Made by a program: the position numbers and the translations under genes
DNA from: Gemmatimonadales bacterium
Lineage (GTDB): Bacteria > Gemmatimonadota > Gemmatimonadetes > Longimicrobiales > Gaopeijiaceae
Reading direction: 5' to 3'
NCBI GenBank assembly: GCA_050485725.1
Contig: JBJHBX010000001.1
Span: 1 to 57,842 of the forward strand
Length of the DNA stretch: 57,842 nt
The notes under the pieces: model-generated
What the model saw: only the letters and a program-made list of their open reading frames with translations
What the model was told of the DNA's origin: nothing
Database searches by the model: none
Part shown: positions 37,182-44,571 of the stretch, piece after piece
Layout: each line of letters begins with the position of its first letter
Position numbering within the stretch: the stretch's first letter is position 1

Positions 37182-37719
37182 CCCGGGACCGGAGGACTCT
37201 CCAGCAATTCCTGCACGGCGGCCCGCAGATCCGCCTCGTGGAGGACGCCATGCACGGTCCGGCGGATCTCTGTTGATCCATCAGGTAGGAGACCGGCACA
37301 CCCGTCGCCCCGAAGCGCCGCGTTGCGTCCTCGGTGGCCATGGCCACGGGGAAGCTGTAGCCGTGTTCACGGAAGAAGGATTCAACCGTGCCGGGAGCGT
37401 CGTCGATGGAGAGGGCCAGGATCGTGAAGCCGTGATCCCGGTACTCGTCGAAGACCGCCTGGAAACCCGGCATCTCCGAGCGGCAGCTTCCGCACCAGGT
37501 GGCCCAGAAGTTCACGAGCACCACCTGCCCCCGGAGGTCATCGAGGGAGACCTGTTCGCCGGCGAGCGTCCGCACGCTGAGGCCTTCGATGCGCTCACTG
37601 GTCGGCCGGGTATCCACGGCCGTGAGACCTTCAGGGAGGAGGCGGTAGCCGAGAGTACCGAGGGCGGCAAGTACGACCGCTGTTGCCAGAAACCGCACGC
37701 CCCGTCGTTGTCTGAACAT
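37178..37719 (-). pseudogene. TlpA/ResA-like membrane-anchored thioredoxin with an apparent 1-nt frameshift near 37268-37274
   Basis: The first frame gives ...VVLVNFWATWCGSCRSEMP...GATGVPVSYLMDQQ. The natural-looking C-terminus EIRRTVHGVLHEADLRAAVQELLESPPVPG* is in another frame and ends at 37178. Confidence 0.7.
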
Positions 37720-37769
37720 GATATCCCGTCTGAGCAAGTGGGTGCCGAGACCCTCTGGCACTGGCCTCT

Positions 37770-38177
37770 TCAGTCGCGGCCATCGAGAGGTCCCGGTGTG
37801 AAATGGGAGAATAACTCATCTGCGGCATCGGCAATCGCCACCGGCGCGGTGATCGTCACGTGGACACCCACCTCGTCGTGCGTGACGTGGAAGTCGAGGA
37901 AGGCGCAGCAGTCCGATTCCCGGGCCACCAGATTCTCGACCTCGGCCAATGCCGACCGGTCGTAGGTCAGGCGCAGGACCGATCCCTCCCTCCGGCTGCG
38001 ATGCAGCGAGCGGAAGGCCAGATCGCGGATGTCCGCGAGACGCACCTGGAGGTCCCGGGGTCCAAGCGTGCAGGCGATCGCCAGCGCGCTCCTGCCCTCG
38101 TCGATCGAGTTGGCCCCATCTGTCAAGGCCGGGTCGCCGGAGTCGGGGCGACCCATCGAACGGTTGATGCCGCTCAT
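37770..38177 (-). CDS. Conserved-looking small Cys protein (ACTL...E-x-CCxFLxF), putative metal-binding
   Basis: AIACTLGPRDLQVRLADIR...VENLVARESDCCAFLDFHV. It is the first gene downstream of a MerR-type promoter. Confidence 0.6.
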   Translation of the reverse strand: MSGINRSMGRPDSGDPALTDGANSIDEGRSALAIACTLGPRDLQVRLADIRDLAFRSLHRSRREGSVLRLTYDRSALAEVENLVARESDCCAFLDFHVTHDEVGVHVTITAPVAIADAADELFSHFTPGPLDGRD

Positions 38178-38220
38178 CAGAATGCCTCATCCCATCGCTT
38201 CGGATTCCATCACCTGGCGA

Positions 38221-38251
38221 AAGGTAATCCTTCAAGTAACTTGAAGGTCAA
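38221..38251 (-). promoter_or_regulatory. MerR-family-type promoter with a 19-nt spacer containing a perfect dyad
   Basis: On the minus strand: TTGACC, then ttcaagttacttgaaggat (19 nt), then TACCTT. The dyad CCTTCAAGT-A-ACTTGAAGG lies at 38229-38247. Confidence 0.7.
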
Positions 38252-38266
38252 CAGGAGATCGGAACC

Positions 38267-38710
38267 ATGACCATGCACTCCCGCGCATTGACCATCGGAG
38301 CCCTGGCGAAAGCCACCGGGGTCTCCGCTCCGACGATCCGGTATTACGAGGAGATCGGGCTGATCCCCAGGGCGAGCCGCAGTCCGGGCGGGCAACGCGC
38401 ATACGGCGAACCCGACATCGAGCGGCTGACCTTCATTCGCAGGTGCCGCGACTTCGGATTCTCCATCGATCAGGTGCGGCTCCTTGCGGATCTCTCCGTC
38501 AGTCCGGACCGGGACTGCACCGAGGTAGGCGATATCGCCAGAGCGCATCTCGACGACGTGCAGAGGAAACTGGCCGACCTTCGCGAACTGGAGAAGAGCC
38601 TCATGGTCTTCGTCGATCGATGTGAGACCCTCTGCTCGGGTGGCCCGGGCCGCGACTGCGTGGTGTTCACGGACATCACGATATCGAGAGCCGTGCGGGA
38701 GCGGACGTAG
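38267..38710 (+). CDS. MerR-family heavy-metal-responsive regulator (CadR/PbrR/ZntR-like)
   Basis: LTIGALAKATGVSAPTIRYYEEIGLIP is the HTH. The C-terminal metal-site Cys residues are in DRCETLCSGGPGRDC. Confidence 0.85.
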   Translation: MTMHSRALTIGALAKATGVSAPTIRYYEEIGLIPRASRSPGGQRAYGEPDIERLTFIRRCRDFGFSIDQVRLLADLSVSPDRDCTEVGDIARAHLDDVQRKLADLRELEKSLMVFVDRCETLCSGGPGRDCVVFTDITISRAVRERT

Positions 38711-38940
38711 GAAAGATGTTTCCGCCAACTGGGCGCAGCCATGGGTCGAGCCGTCCCCATCGTTCCTCCGGCATCGAAAAAGCTTGTAGACCAAAGGCCC
38801 CGATTCCTGGGAGCAGAGCTTGGTAATGTGTTGTGAAAACGCCGCGCTACCTCTATGCGGACCCTACCCCTCCCCGACCAGATCAATGGGAGGGCCAAGT
38901 GATGCGGCTTCCGTGGTATTCACAAGCGATGCCTTGTCAG

Positions 38941-40854
38941 TCAGAGATCAGCCAGTAATGGGGAGCCTCGTAGTCGAGCAGCCCTCAGCCCGTTGACGAT
39001 GACCACAACTTCCGCGACCTCGTGAACAAGGACGACGGATGCGAGGCCGAGGACGCCGAATAGCGAAAGCGGCAAGAGGATCGCGATGATGAGCAAGGAA
39101 AGAATGACATTCTGGTTCATGATCCGTAGCCCCCGCTGGGCATGGGCAAGCCCCTGGGGGATGAGGCGCAGATCTTTGCCGGTGAAGGCCACGTCGGCCG
39201 ATTCGATTGCGGCATCGGAGCCAGCCGCACCCATCGCAATGCCCACATCGGCGACAGCCAGAGCGGGTGCGTCGTTGATGCCATCTCCGACCATGGCCGT
39301 CGGACGCTCTGCCGAAAGCCTCTGAACCAGGCGCGACTTGTCTGCGGGACGAAGTTCGGCATGTACGTCCGTGATTCCCGCGAGTTGGGCGAGCGCGCCG
39401 GCGGTGCGATGGTTATCCCCGGTGAGCATCGTCGAGCCGATACCCTGATCGCGCAGCGCCGTGATCGCATGGCGTGCCTCGGCACGGAGTTCGTCGCGGA
39501 TGCCGATGAGGCCGATGGCGGCTCCATTGCGATGAACGACCACGACGGTCATACCATCGATTTCCATATCTTCTGACTGCTCGCCGAGTGTTCCGGCGTC
39601 GAGCCACCTCGGACTACCCACGCTCACGGTCGCCCCTTCAACGGTACCTACAAGGCCCGCTCCAGCCTCTTCGACGACATCGACTGCGGCCAACGTTCCA
39701 GCACCGGTACTGACGATGGCATGGGCAAGCGGATGGATGCTGTACGCTTCGAGCGCAGCCGCGTGGCTGAGCACCGTCGATTCGTTCCAGTTGGCGGCCG
39801 CCACGACCCTCGCGACGGTAGGCTGGTTCCTCGTCAAGGTCCCTGTCTTGTCAAAAGCAACATGACGAATTGAGCCGAGACGCTCGAACGCCGCTCCGCT
39901 CTTGATCACGATACCAAAGTTCGTGGTCGCGCCGATGGCTGAGACGACGGTCACGGGCACCGCAATCGCGAGAGCACAGGGCGAGGCAGCCACCAGGACA
40001 ACAAGAGCCCGGGTTATCCACAGTTCCGGATCGCCCAACAGCGACCCGAACAATGCCACAGCCAAAGCAAGCAGGATCACACCAGGCACCAAGGGCCGTG
40101 CAATCCGATCTGCCAGCCGGGCCCGCTTGCCCTTCTCCTGCTGCGCTTGTTCGACCAGAGTGACGATGTGGGTCAGCGAGTTGTCGATGCCGTCGGCGGT
40201 CGCCTCAATGTGCAAGGCGCTGGATAAGTTGATCACCCCCGCCATGACGGGATCGCCCACCGCAACTTCCGCCGGGATGGATTCACCGGTGACCGCCGAC
40301 ATGTCCATGCTGCTCATTCCTTCCAGCACGATGCCGTCTGTCGGCACCCGTTCACCGGGCCGCACAAGCATGGTTTGGCCGATCACCAACTCGCTGGCCC
40401 GAACCTGTCGATGTTCATCGTTCACCAGCACGGTGGCCGTCTCAGGGACCAGATCCAGAAGCGAGCGAAGACCCGCTCTCGCCTTGTCCATCGCCCGCCG
40501 TTCGAGTGCCTCGGCAATCGAAAAGAGGAACGCCAACGCCGCAGCCTCCTCAACATATCCCAGAATCACCGCCCCGGTGGCACTGATCGTCATCAGCAGA
40601 CCGATGCCGATTTTCTTATGCCATAGCCTGCGAATCGCGTTGGGAGCGAACTGCGACGCTCCAATCAATAGAGACGACCAGAACAACACCGACGCGATGC
40701 GTTCCAAACCGACCCATTCGCAGATCAAACCGGAACCGAGCAGCGCGCCCGATAGCAGTGGGATAACAATTATCTGGTCACGCCACCACGGCTTGGCTTT
40801 GCTATCATCGTCGTGGTGGTGTTCTCGCGCCATCGTATCCCGCTTCCTGTCCAT
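38941..40854 (-). CDS. P1B-type heavy-metal ATPase without an HMA domain, with a short His-rich N-terminus and an SPC motif
   Basis: MAREHHHDDD, AASPCALAIAVP, DKTGTLT, GDGINDAPAL and VLVHEVAEVVVIVNGLR. The start is ambiguous (40854, 40833 or 40893). Confidence 0.9.
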   Translation of the reverse strand: MDRKRDTMAREHHHDDDSKAKPWWRDQIIVIPLLSGALLGSGLICEWVGLERIASVLFWSSLLIGASQFAPNAIRRLWHKKIGIGLLMTISATGAVILGYVEEAAALAFLFSIAEALERRAMDKARAGLRSLLDLVPETATVLVNDEHRQVRASELVIGQTMLVRPGERVPTDGIVLEGMSSMDMSAVTGESIPAEVAVGDPVMAGVINLSSALHIEATADGIDNSLTHIVTLVEQAQQEKGKRARLADRIARPLVPGVILLALAVALFGSLLGDPELWITRALVVLVAASPCALAIAVPVTVVSAIGATTNFGIVIKSGAAFERLGSIRHVAFDKTGTLTRNQPTVARVVAAANWNESTVLSHAAALEAYSIHPLAHAIVSTGAGTLAAVDVVEEAGAGLVGTVEGATVSVGSPRWLDAGTLGEQSEDMEIDGMTVVVVHRNGAAIGLIGIRDELRAEARHAITALRDQGIGSTMLTGDNHRTAGALAQLAGITDVHAELRPADKSRLVQRLSAERPTAMVGDGINDAPALAVADVGIAMGAAGSDAAIESADVAFTGKDLRLIPQGLAHAQRGLRIMNQNVILSLLIIAILLPLSLFGVLGLASVVLVHEVAEVVVIVNGLRAARLRGSPLLADL

Positions 40855-40926
40855 GACAGTTTTTCTCCGCAGATGGCCTTGAACGGTCAGCAATCACGAG
40901 TCAGGGTAGCGCACATGGAACGCACG

Positions 40927-43161
40927 TCAGTGCCCTCCGAATCGCACCCGCATCCCCCCGTTCACGACGAATCCTTCGATGGGAGCCCACGCGTCCACGG
41001 TCCAGCGCCCGTCCGGCGCCCGGTGGTCCCGAACGAGCGGGTCGTACCGGCTCTGCCGAACGTTGAGGAGATTCTCCGCGTTCACGAAGAAGCTGTAGGC
41101 TCCGCGACGAACCTCCCCCAGGATCCCGAGATGTACCTGGGGACGCCCTTCGTTCCGATAGGGATTGTCGTCGAGCGGCTGCCGTCCGGTATAGTAGGCT
41201 TCGACCCCCAGAAGTCCCCGATCGTGATCCTCCCACATGGCCACCAGTCCCGCTGTGTGCCGGGGGGTGAGGGGAACGTCGCGGCGGCCAGAGGCGGTCG
41301 GGCGAGGCTCCGTGGCCTGCACGAAGACGTAGCTCCCGGTGAGGGCGAGGTCGTCCCACCGGTAGCGCGCCAGGAGTTCCGTCCCCACCGTTCGGGTTTC
41401 TCCCTCCACGTTCGCCAGCCGGACCCCCTCATCCACCGGAAGCAGATGCACCGCATCTTCCACTCTGGACCCGAAGAGGGTCGCGTTCAGCTCGAAGGTC
41501 CGGATCGTGCGACCCACGTCCAGCGACGCGGTCCATGCGCGCTCCGATCGGAGGCCGTCCATTGGCTCCAGACGTGAGAGCCCCGCCGCTTCGAGCTCTT
41601 CCACGAAGGGGGTGGGCGCGAAGAAGCCGCCCCCCACCGAGATACGGGCCGTCCAGGGACCGGGCCGGTAGAGGGCGGACACCCTCGGGCTCAGGTGGGA
41701 TCCGTACTCGCTGTGGGCATCCCACCGCAGGCTGGCCGAGGCCCGCAGGTCCGGAGAGAATCCGATCTCGTCCTGAACGAACAGCCCCGGCACGGTGAAG
41801 GTGTAGTCGAAGCCCGGAAACGTCTCGGATCGGTAGACGTCCCGGTGGACGGCGCCGCCCACCACCCAGGTGTGGCGGCCGGAGGCGCCGGTGAGGCTCG
41901 CCTCCCCGAAGAGGGTGCCGTGCCGGTCCTCCTCCAACCGGTCTCCGAAGCGATGGCCGTGGCTCTGGGTCATCCCCGATGCACGGAGCTGGAGGAAAGC
42001 GAGATCACCCACCGGGTATTGAGCGGTGAGGCCGGCGTCCAGACGATCCGTGTCGAGGGATTCGACAAACTCGCTTCCGTCCGGGAGGGTCCGCCCGGCG
42101 ATCGTCCCCCCTTCCCGCTGCTCCGTCATCCCTCCCACGGTGACGAACGCGGCCCGTCCTCCCTCCCCTCTCCAGAACAGCCGCGGCCTCACCGTCCAAC
42201 GCTGGTGGGCCGGAACGTCGGCCCAGCCTCCGCCACTGAGATCCTGTTGGTTCTGCCGGTGGGCTCCTCCCACCATTGAGTAGCCCCACGCCTCCGACAG
42301 GGGACCGGCCGCGTAGGCCGTCACATCCTGTCCGTTCTGCGTTGTGGCGTTCAGGAGAAACTCCATCTCCGGTTCATCGTCCGGCCTTCGTGAAACGAGG
42401 TTGACGACCCCGCCCAAAGCCGAGGCTCCGTAGAGCGCGGACGCCACCCCTTTGATGACCTCCACCTGACCCAGGTCGGTAGGCGGAATCTGAAGGAGCC
42501 CGATGGATCCGGCCTGACCGCCATAGAGAGGGAGGCCGTCGGCAAGGAGCTGGGTGTATCGGCCCCGCATCCCTTGGACCCGGATGTTGGCGGATCCCAG
42601 GGACGGAGAGGTGACTTGGATCCTGAGCCCCCCGGTCTCGTTCAGAAGCATGGCAATGTTGCCGGGAGTCATGAGGGCCTTCTCCTCGATCTCCTCACGA
42701 TCCAGCACCTCCACCCGGATCGGCTCGTCCTGGACCCGGCGGCCCGTCCGGGTCGAGGTCACCATGACACCTTCCAGCTCCACAGCCTCCGACCGGAGTT
42801 CCACGACGACCGAGATCTCTCGCCCCGCCGCCACCTGAACTTGGACCACTGCCAGCTCGTAACCAAGTCTGCGCACCTCGATCCGGACATCCCCAGCCGG
42901 AAGCGGGAGTCGAGCGTTTCCCTCGTTGTTCGTGAGGGACTGCACCGCACCGGCCCGGATCTCGGCTCCTGACACGGGATCACCCCCGCTATGGACACGA
43001 ACCGCCACCGTCCCCTGCTCCTGCGCATGGAGGGGAGAGACCGTCCATAAAAGTAAAGCGGGCAGCGACACCAGCAGGTAGAGCAGGCCAGCGCGGAAGG
43101 CGTTGGCTCTCATAACGTTCAAACAGACACGCGAATGATTGAGCAAAAAAAACGCGGTCAT
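40927..43161 (-). CDS. TonB-dependent outer-membrane receptor with an N-terminal carboxypeptidase-regulatory-like domain
   Basis: GTVAVRVHSGGDPVSGAEIRAG...NARLPLPAGDVRIEVRRLGYE, then a plug (IRVQGMRGRYTQLLADGLPLYGG), a beta-barrel and a C-terminal aromatic end. The ATG at 43161 overlaps the arsR-family stop (ATGA). Confidence 0.85.
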   Translation of the reverse strand: MTAFFLLNHSRVCLNVMRANAFRAGLLYLLVSLPALLLWTVSPLHAQEQGTVAVRVHSGGDPVSGAEIRAGAVQSLTNNEGNARLPLPAGDVRIEVRRLGYELAVVQVQVAAGREISVVVELRSEAVELEGVMVTSTRTGRRVQDEPIRVEVLDREEIEEKALMTPGNIAMLLNETGGLRIQVTSPSLGSANIRVQGMRGRYTQLLADGLPLYGGQAGSIGLLQIPPTDLGQVEVIKGVASALYGASALGGVVNLVSRRPDDEPEMEFLLNATTQNGQDVTAYAAGPLSEAWGYSMVGGAHRQNQQDLSGGGWADVPAHQRWTVRPRLFWRGEGGRAAFVTVGGMTEQREGGTIAGRTLPDGSEFVESLDTDRLDAGLTAQYPVGDLAFLQLRASGMTQSHGHRFGDRLEEDRHGTLFGEASLTGASGRHTWVVGGAVHRDVYRSETFPGFDYTFTVPGLFVQDEIGFSPDLRASASLRWDAHSEYGSHLSPRVSALYRPGPWTARISVGGGFFAPTPFVEELEAAGLSRLEPMDGLRSERAWTASLDVGRTIRTFELNATLFGSRVEDAVHLLPVDEGVRLANVEGETRTVGTELLARYRWDDLALTGSYVFVQATEPRPTASGRRDVPLTPRHTAGLVAMWEDHDRGLLGVEAYYTGRQPLDDNPYRNEGRPQVHLGILGEVRRGAYSFFVNAENLLNVRQSRYDPLVRDHRAPDGRWTVDAWAPIEGFVVNGGMRVRFGGH

Positions 43162-43544
43162 GCGATCTTCTCCAGAACCTTCCCTCCGATGTCGGCGATC
43201 CACGGCCGGGAGAGGGAGTAGTAGACGAGTTTGCCTTCCCGCCGGGTCTCCACGAGATCCAACTCGAAGAGCCGTCGAAGGTGGTGGGAAGTAGCGGAAA
43301 TACTGGCACCCAGGATGTGGGCCAAGTCGCATACGCAGAGTTCCTCCGCCTCCCGGAGCGCGTGAAGGATAAGGAGGCGGTTCCGGTCCGCCAGTAACGC
43401 GAACACTTTTCGTGTGGCCTCCAGCGCGGCCTTGTCCGGTTGGCACGACCGGACTCTCTGCACCACTTCTTCGTCGACACAGAGGACGTCACAGAAATCC
43501 GGGACGGCCGCCGAAGAGCGAGGAGGATTATCATTCTTGCGCAT
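43158..43544 (-). CDS. ArsR/SmtB-family metalloregulator
   Basis: LLILHALREAEELCVCDLAHILGASISATSHHLRRLFELDLVETRREGKLVYYSL. Confidence 0.9.
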   Translation of the reverse strand: MRKNDNPPRSSAAVPDFCDVLCVDEEVVQRVRSCQPDKAALEATRKVFALLADRNRLLILHALREAEELCVCDLAHILGASISATSHHLRRLFELDLVETRREGKLVYYSLSRPWIADIGGKVLEKIA

Positions 43545-43613
43545 GCTTGAATGTTACCATGGCGCCAAGCAGCGCCGCAAGGGGTCGAGCCCTGCCCGCC
43601 ATAAGGGGAGCAA

Positions 43614-44459
43614 ATGTCGATGGCAACGTCTTGGTCGCTGATCTTCCTCGGTGCTGCATCGCTCTGGTGGCCGCGCCTCCACCGACTCAGTCTCGGCCTA
43701 CTTGCCGGCGGCTACGTCCTCGCGCTGGCCGGCGGTTTCCTCGACGGCCGTGCTCTTCTCGTGATCGCCCTGCTCGTCGCGCTCGCCTGGATGGTCCGGC
43801 CTGAGCGTCCGGCTCGCTGGCGTATCTCGGCGCACGTCGTGTTCGTCGCGCTGGCGGTGGCCCTCGCCCTCCATATTGTCCCCGGCTTCCACAACCCCCG
43901 GGTCATCGGGCCTGTGCAGTTCACCCCGGACGCCGTGCCCTTCGCCATGTACCTGAACTTTGACAAGCCGCTCGCGGGCTACTGGCTCCTCCTCGTGTGG
44001 CCCGCGCTGGCGCTCCGCCGTGACGGCTCCCGCGGGCTCCTACGGGGGGTGGGGATCGGAGCGGTGACCGCAGCGGTGTGCCTTGGGCTGGGAGTCGCGC
44101 TGGGCGCGGCCGCCTTCGCCCCGAAGTGGCCGCACCTCGGATGGCTCTGGGCGCTCAACAACCTCCTCCTCGTGTGCATGACCGAGGAAGCCGTCTTCCG
44201 GGGCTACCTCCAGGAGTCGCTCACCCGCCGCTTCCACGAATCCCGCCACGGGAATGCTCTCGCCATCGGCGTTGCCTCGGTCCTGTTCGGTGCCGCCCAC
44301 TTCGCGGGCGGACCCGTCCTGATCGCCCTCTCCGCGCTCGCGGGCGTCGGCTACGGCCTCGCGTACCGGGTCGGAGGCCTCCAGGCGGCCGTCCTCGCTC
44401 ACTTCGGCCTCAACCTCGCTCACTTCACCCTCTTCACCTACCCGATGCTCGCGGGCTGA
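43614..44459 (+). CDS. CPBP-family (CAAX/Abi) intramembrane glutamic protease
   Basis: A multi-TM protein with TEEAVFRGYL (EExxxR motif) and LFGAAHF (FxxxH motif). Confidence 0.8.
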   Translation: MSMATSWSLIFLGAASLWWPRLHRLSLGLLAGGYVLALAGGFLDGRALLVIALLVALAWMVRPERPARWRISAHVVFVALAVALALHIVPGFHNPRVIGPVQFTPDAVPFAMYLNFDKPLAGYWLLLVWPALALRRDGSRGLLRGVGIGAVTAAVCLGLGVALGAAAFAPKWPHLGWLWALNNLLLVCMTEEAVFRGYLQESLTRRFHESRHGNALAIGVASVLFGAAHFAGGPVLIALSALAGVGYGLAYRVGGLQAAVLAHFGLNLAHFTLFTYPMLAG

Positions 44460-44571
44460 GGCCCCGACCCGGGGGAAGCCCGGTCGCCCGGGTCCGGGCC
44501 AGGGCGTGTTCAACGGTCCCTATATGTATAAGGACTGATCCACGACCCCGAGCCCTCGCGGAGGGGAGAGC

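Noticed and set aside
36280-37761. A 493-aa ORF fusing the thioredoxin domain to a long Arg/Gly-rich tail.
   Set aside because: It is an artefact of the frameshift. The tail is an alternative frame of the ACR3-like gene. The real C-terminus is in another frame and ends at 37178.
40813-41577. A 254-aa plus-strand ORF and other ORFs (41695-42279, 42574-42972) inside the TonB-dependent receptor gene.
   Set aside because: They are antisense to a receptor gene that has clear plug and barrel signatures, and their composition is shadow-ORF-like.
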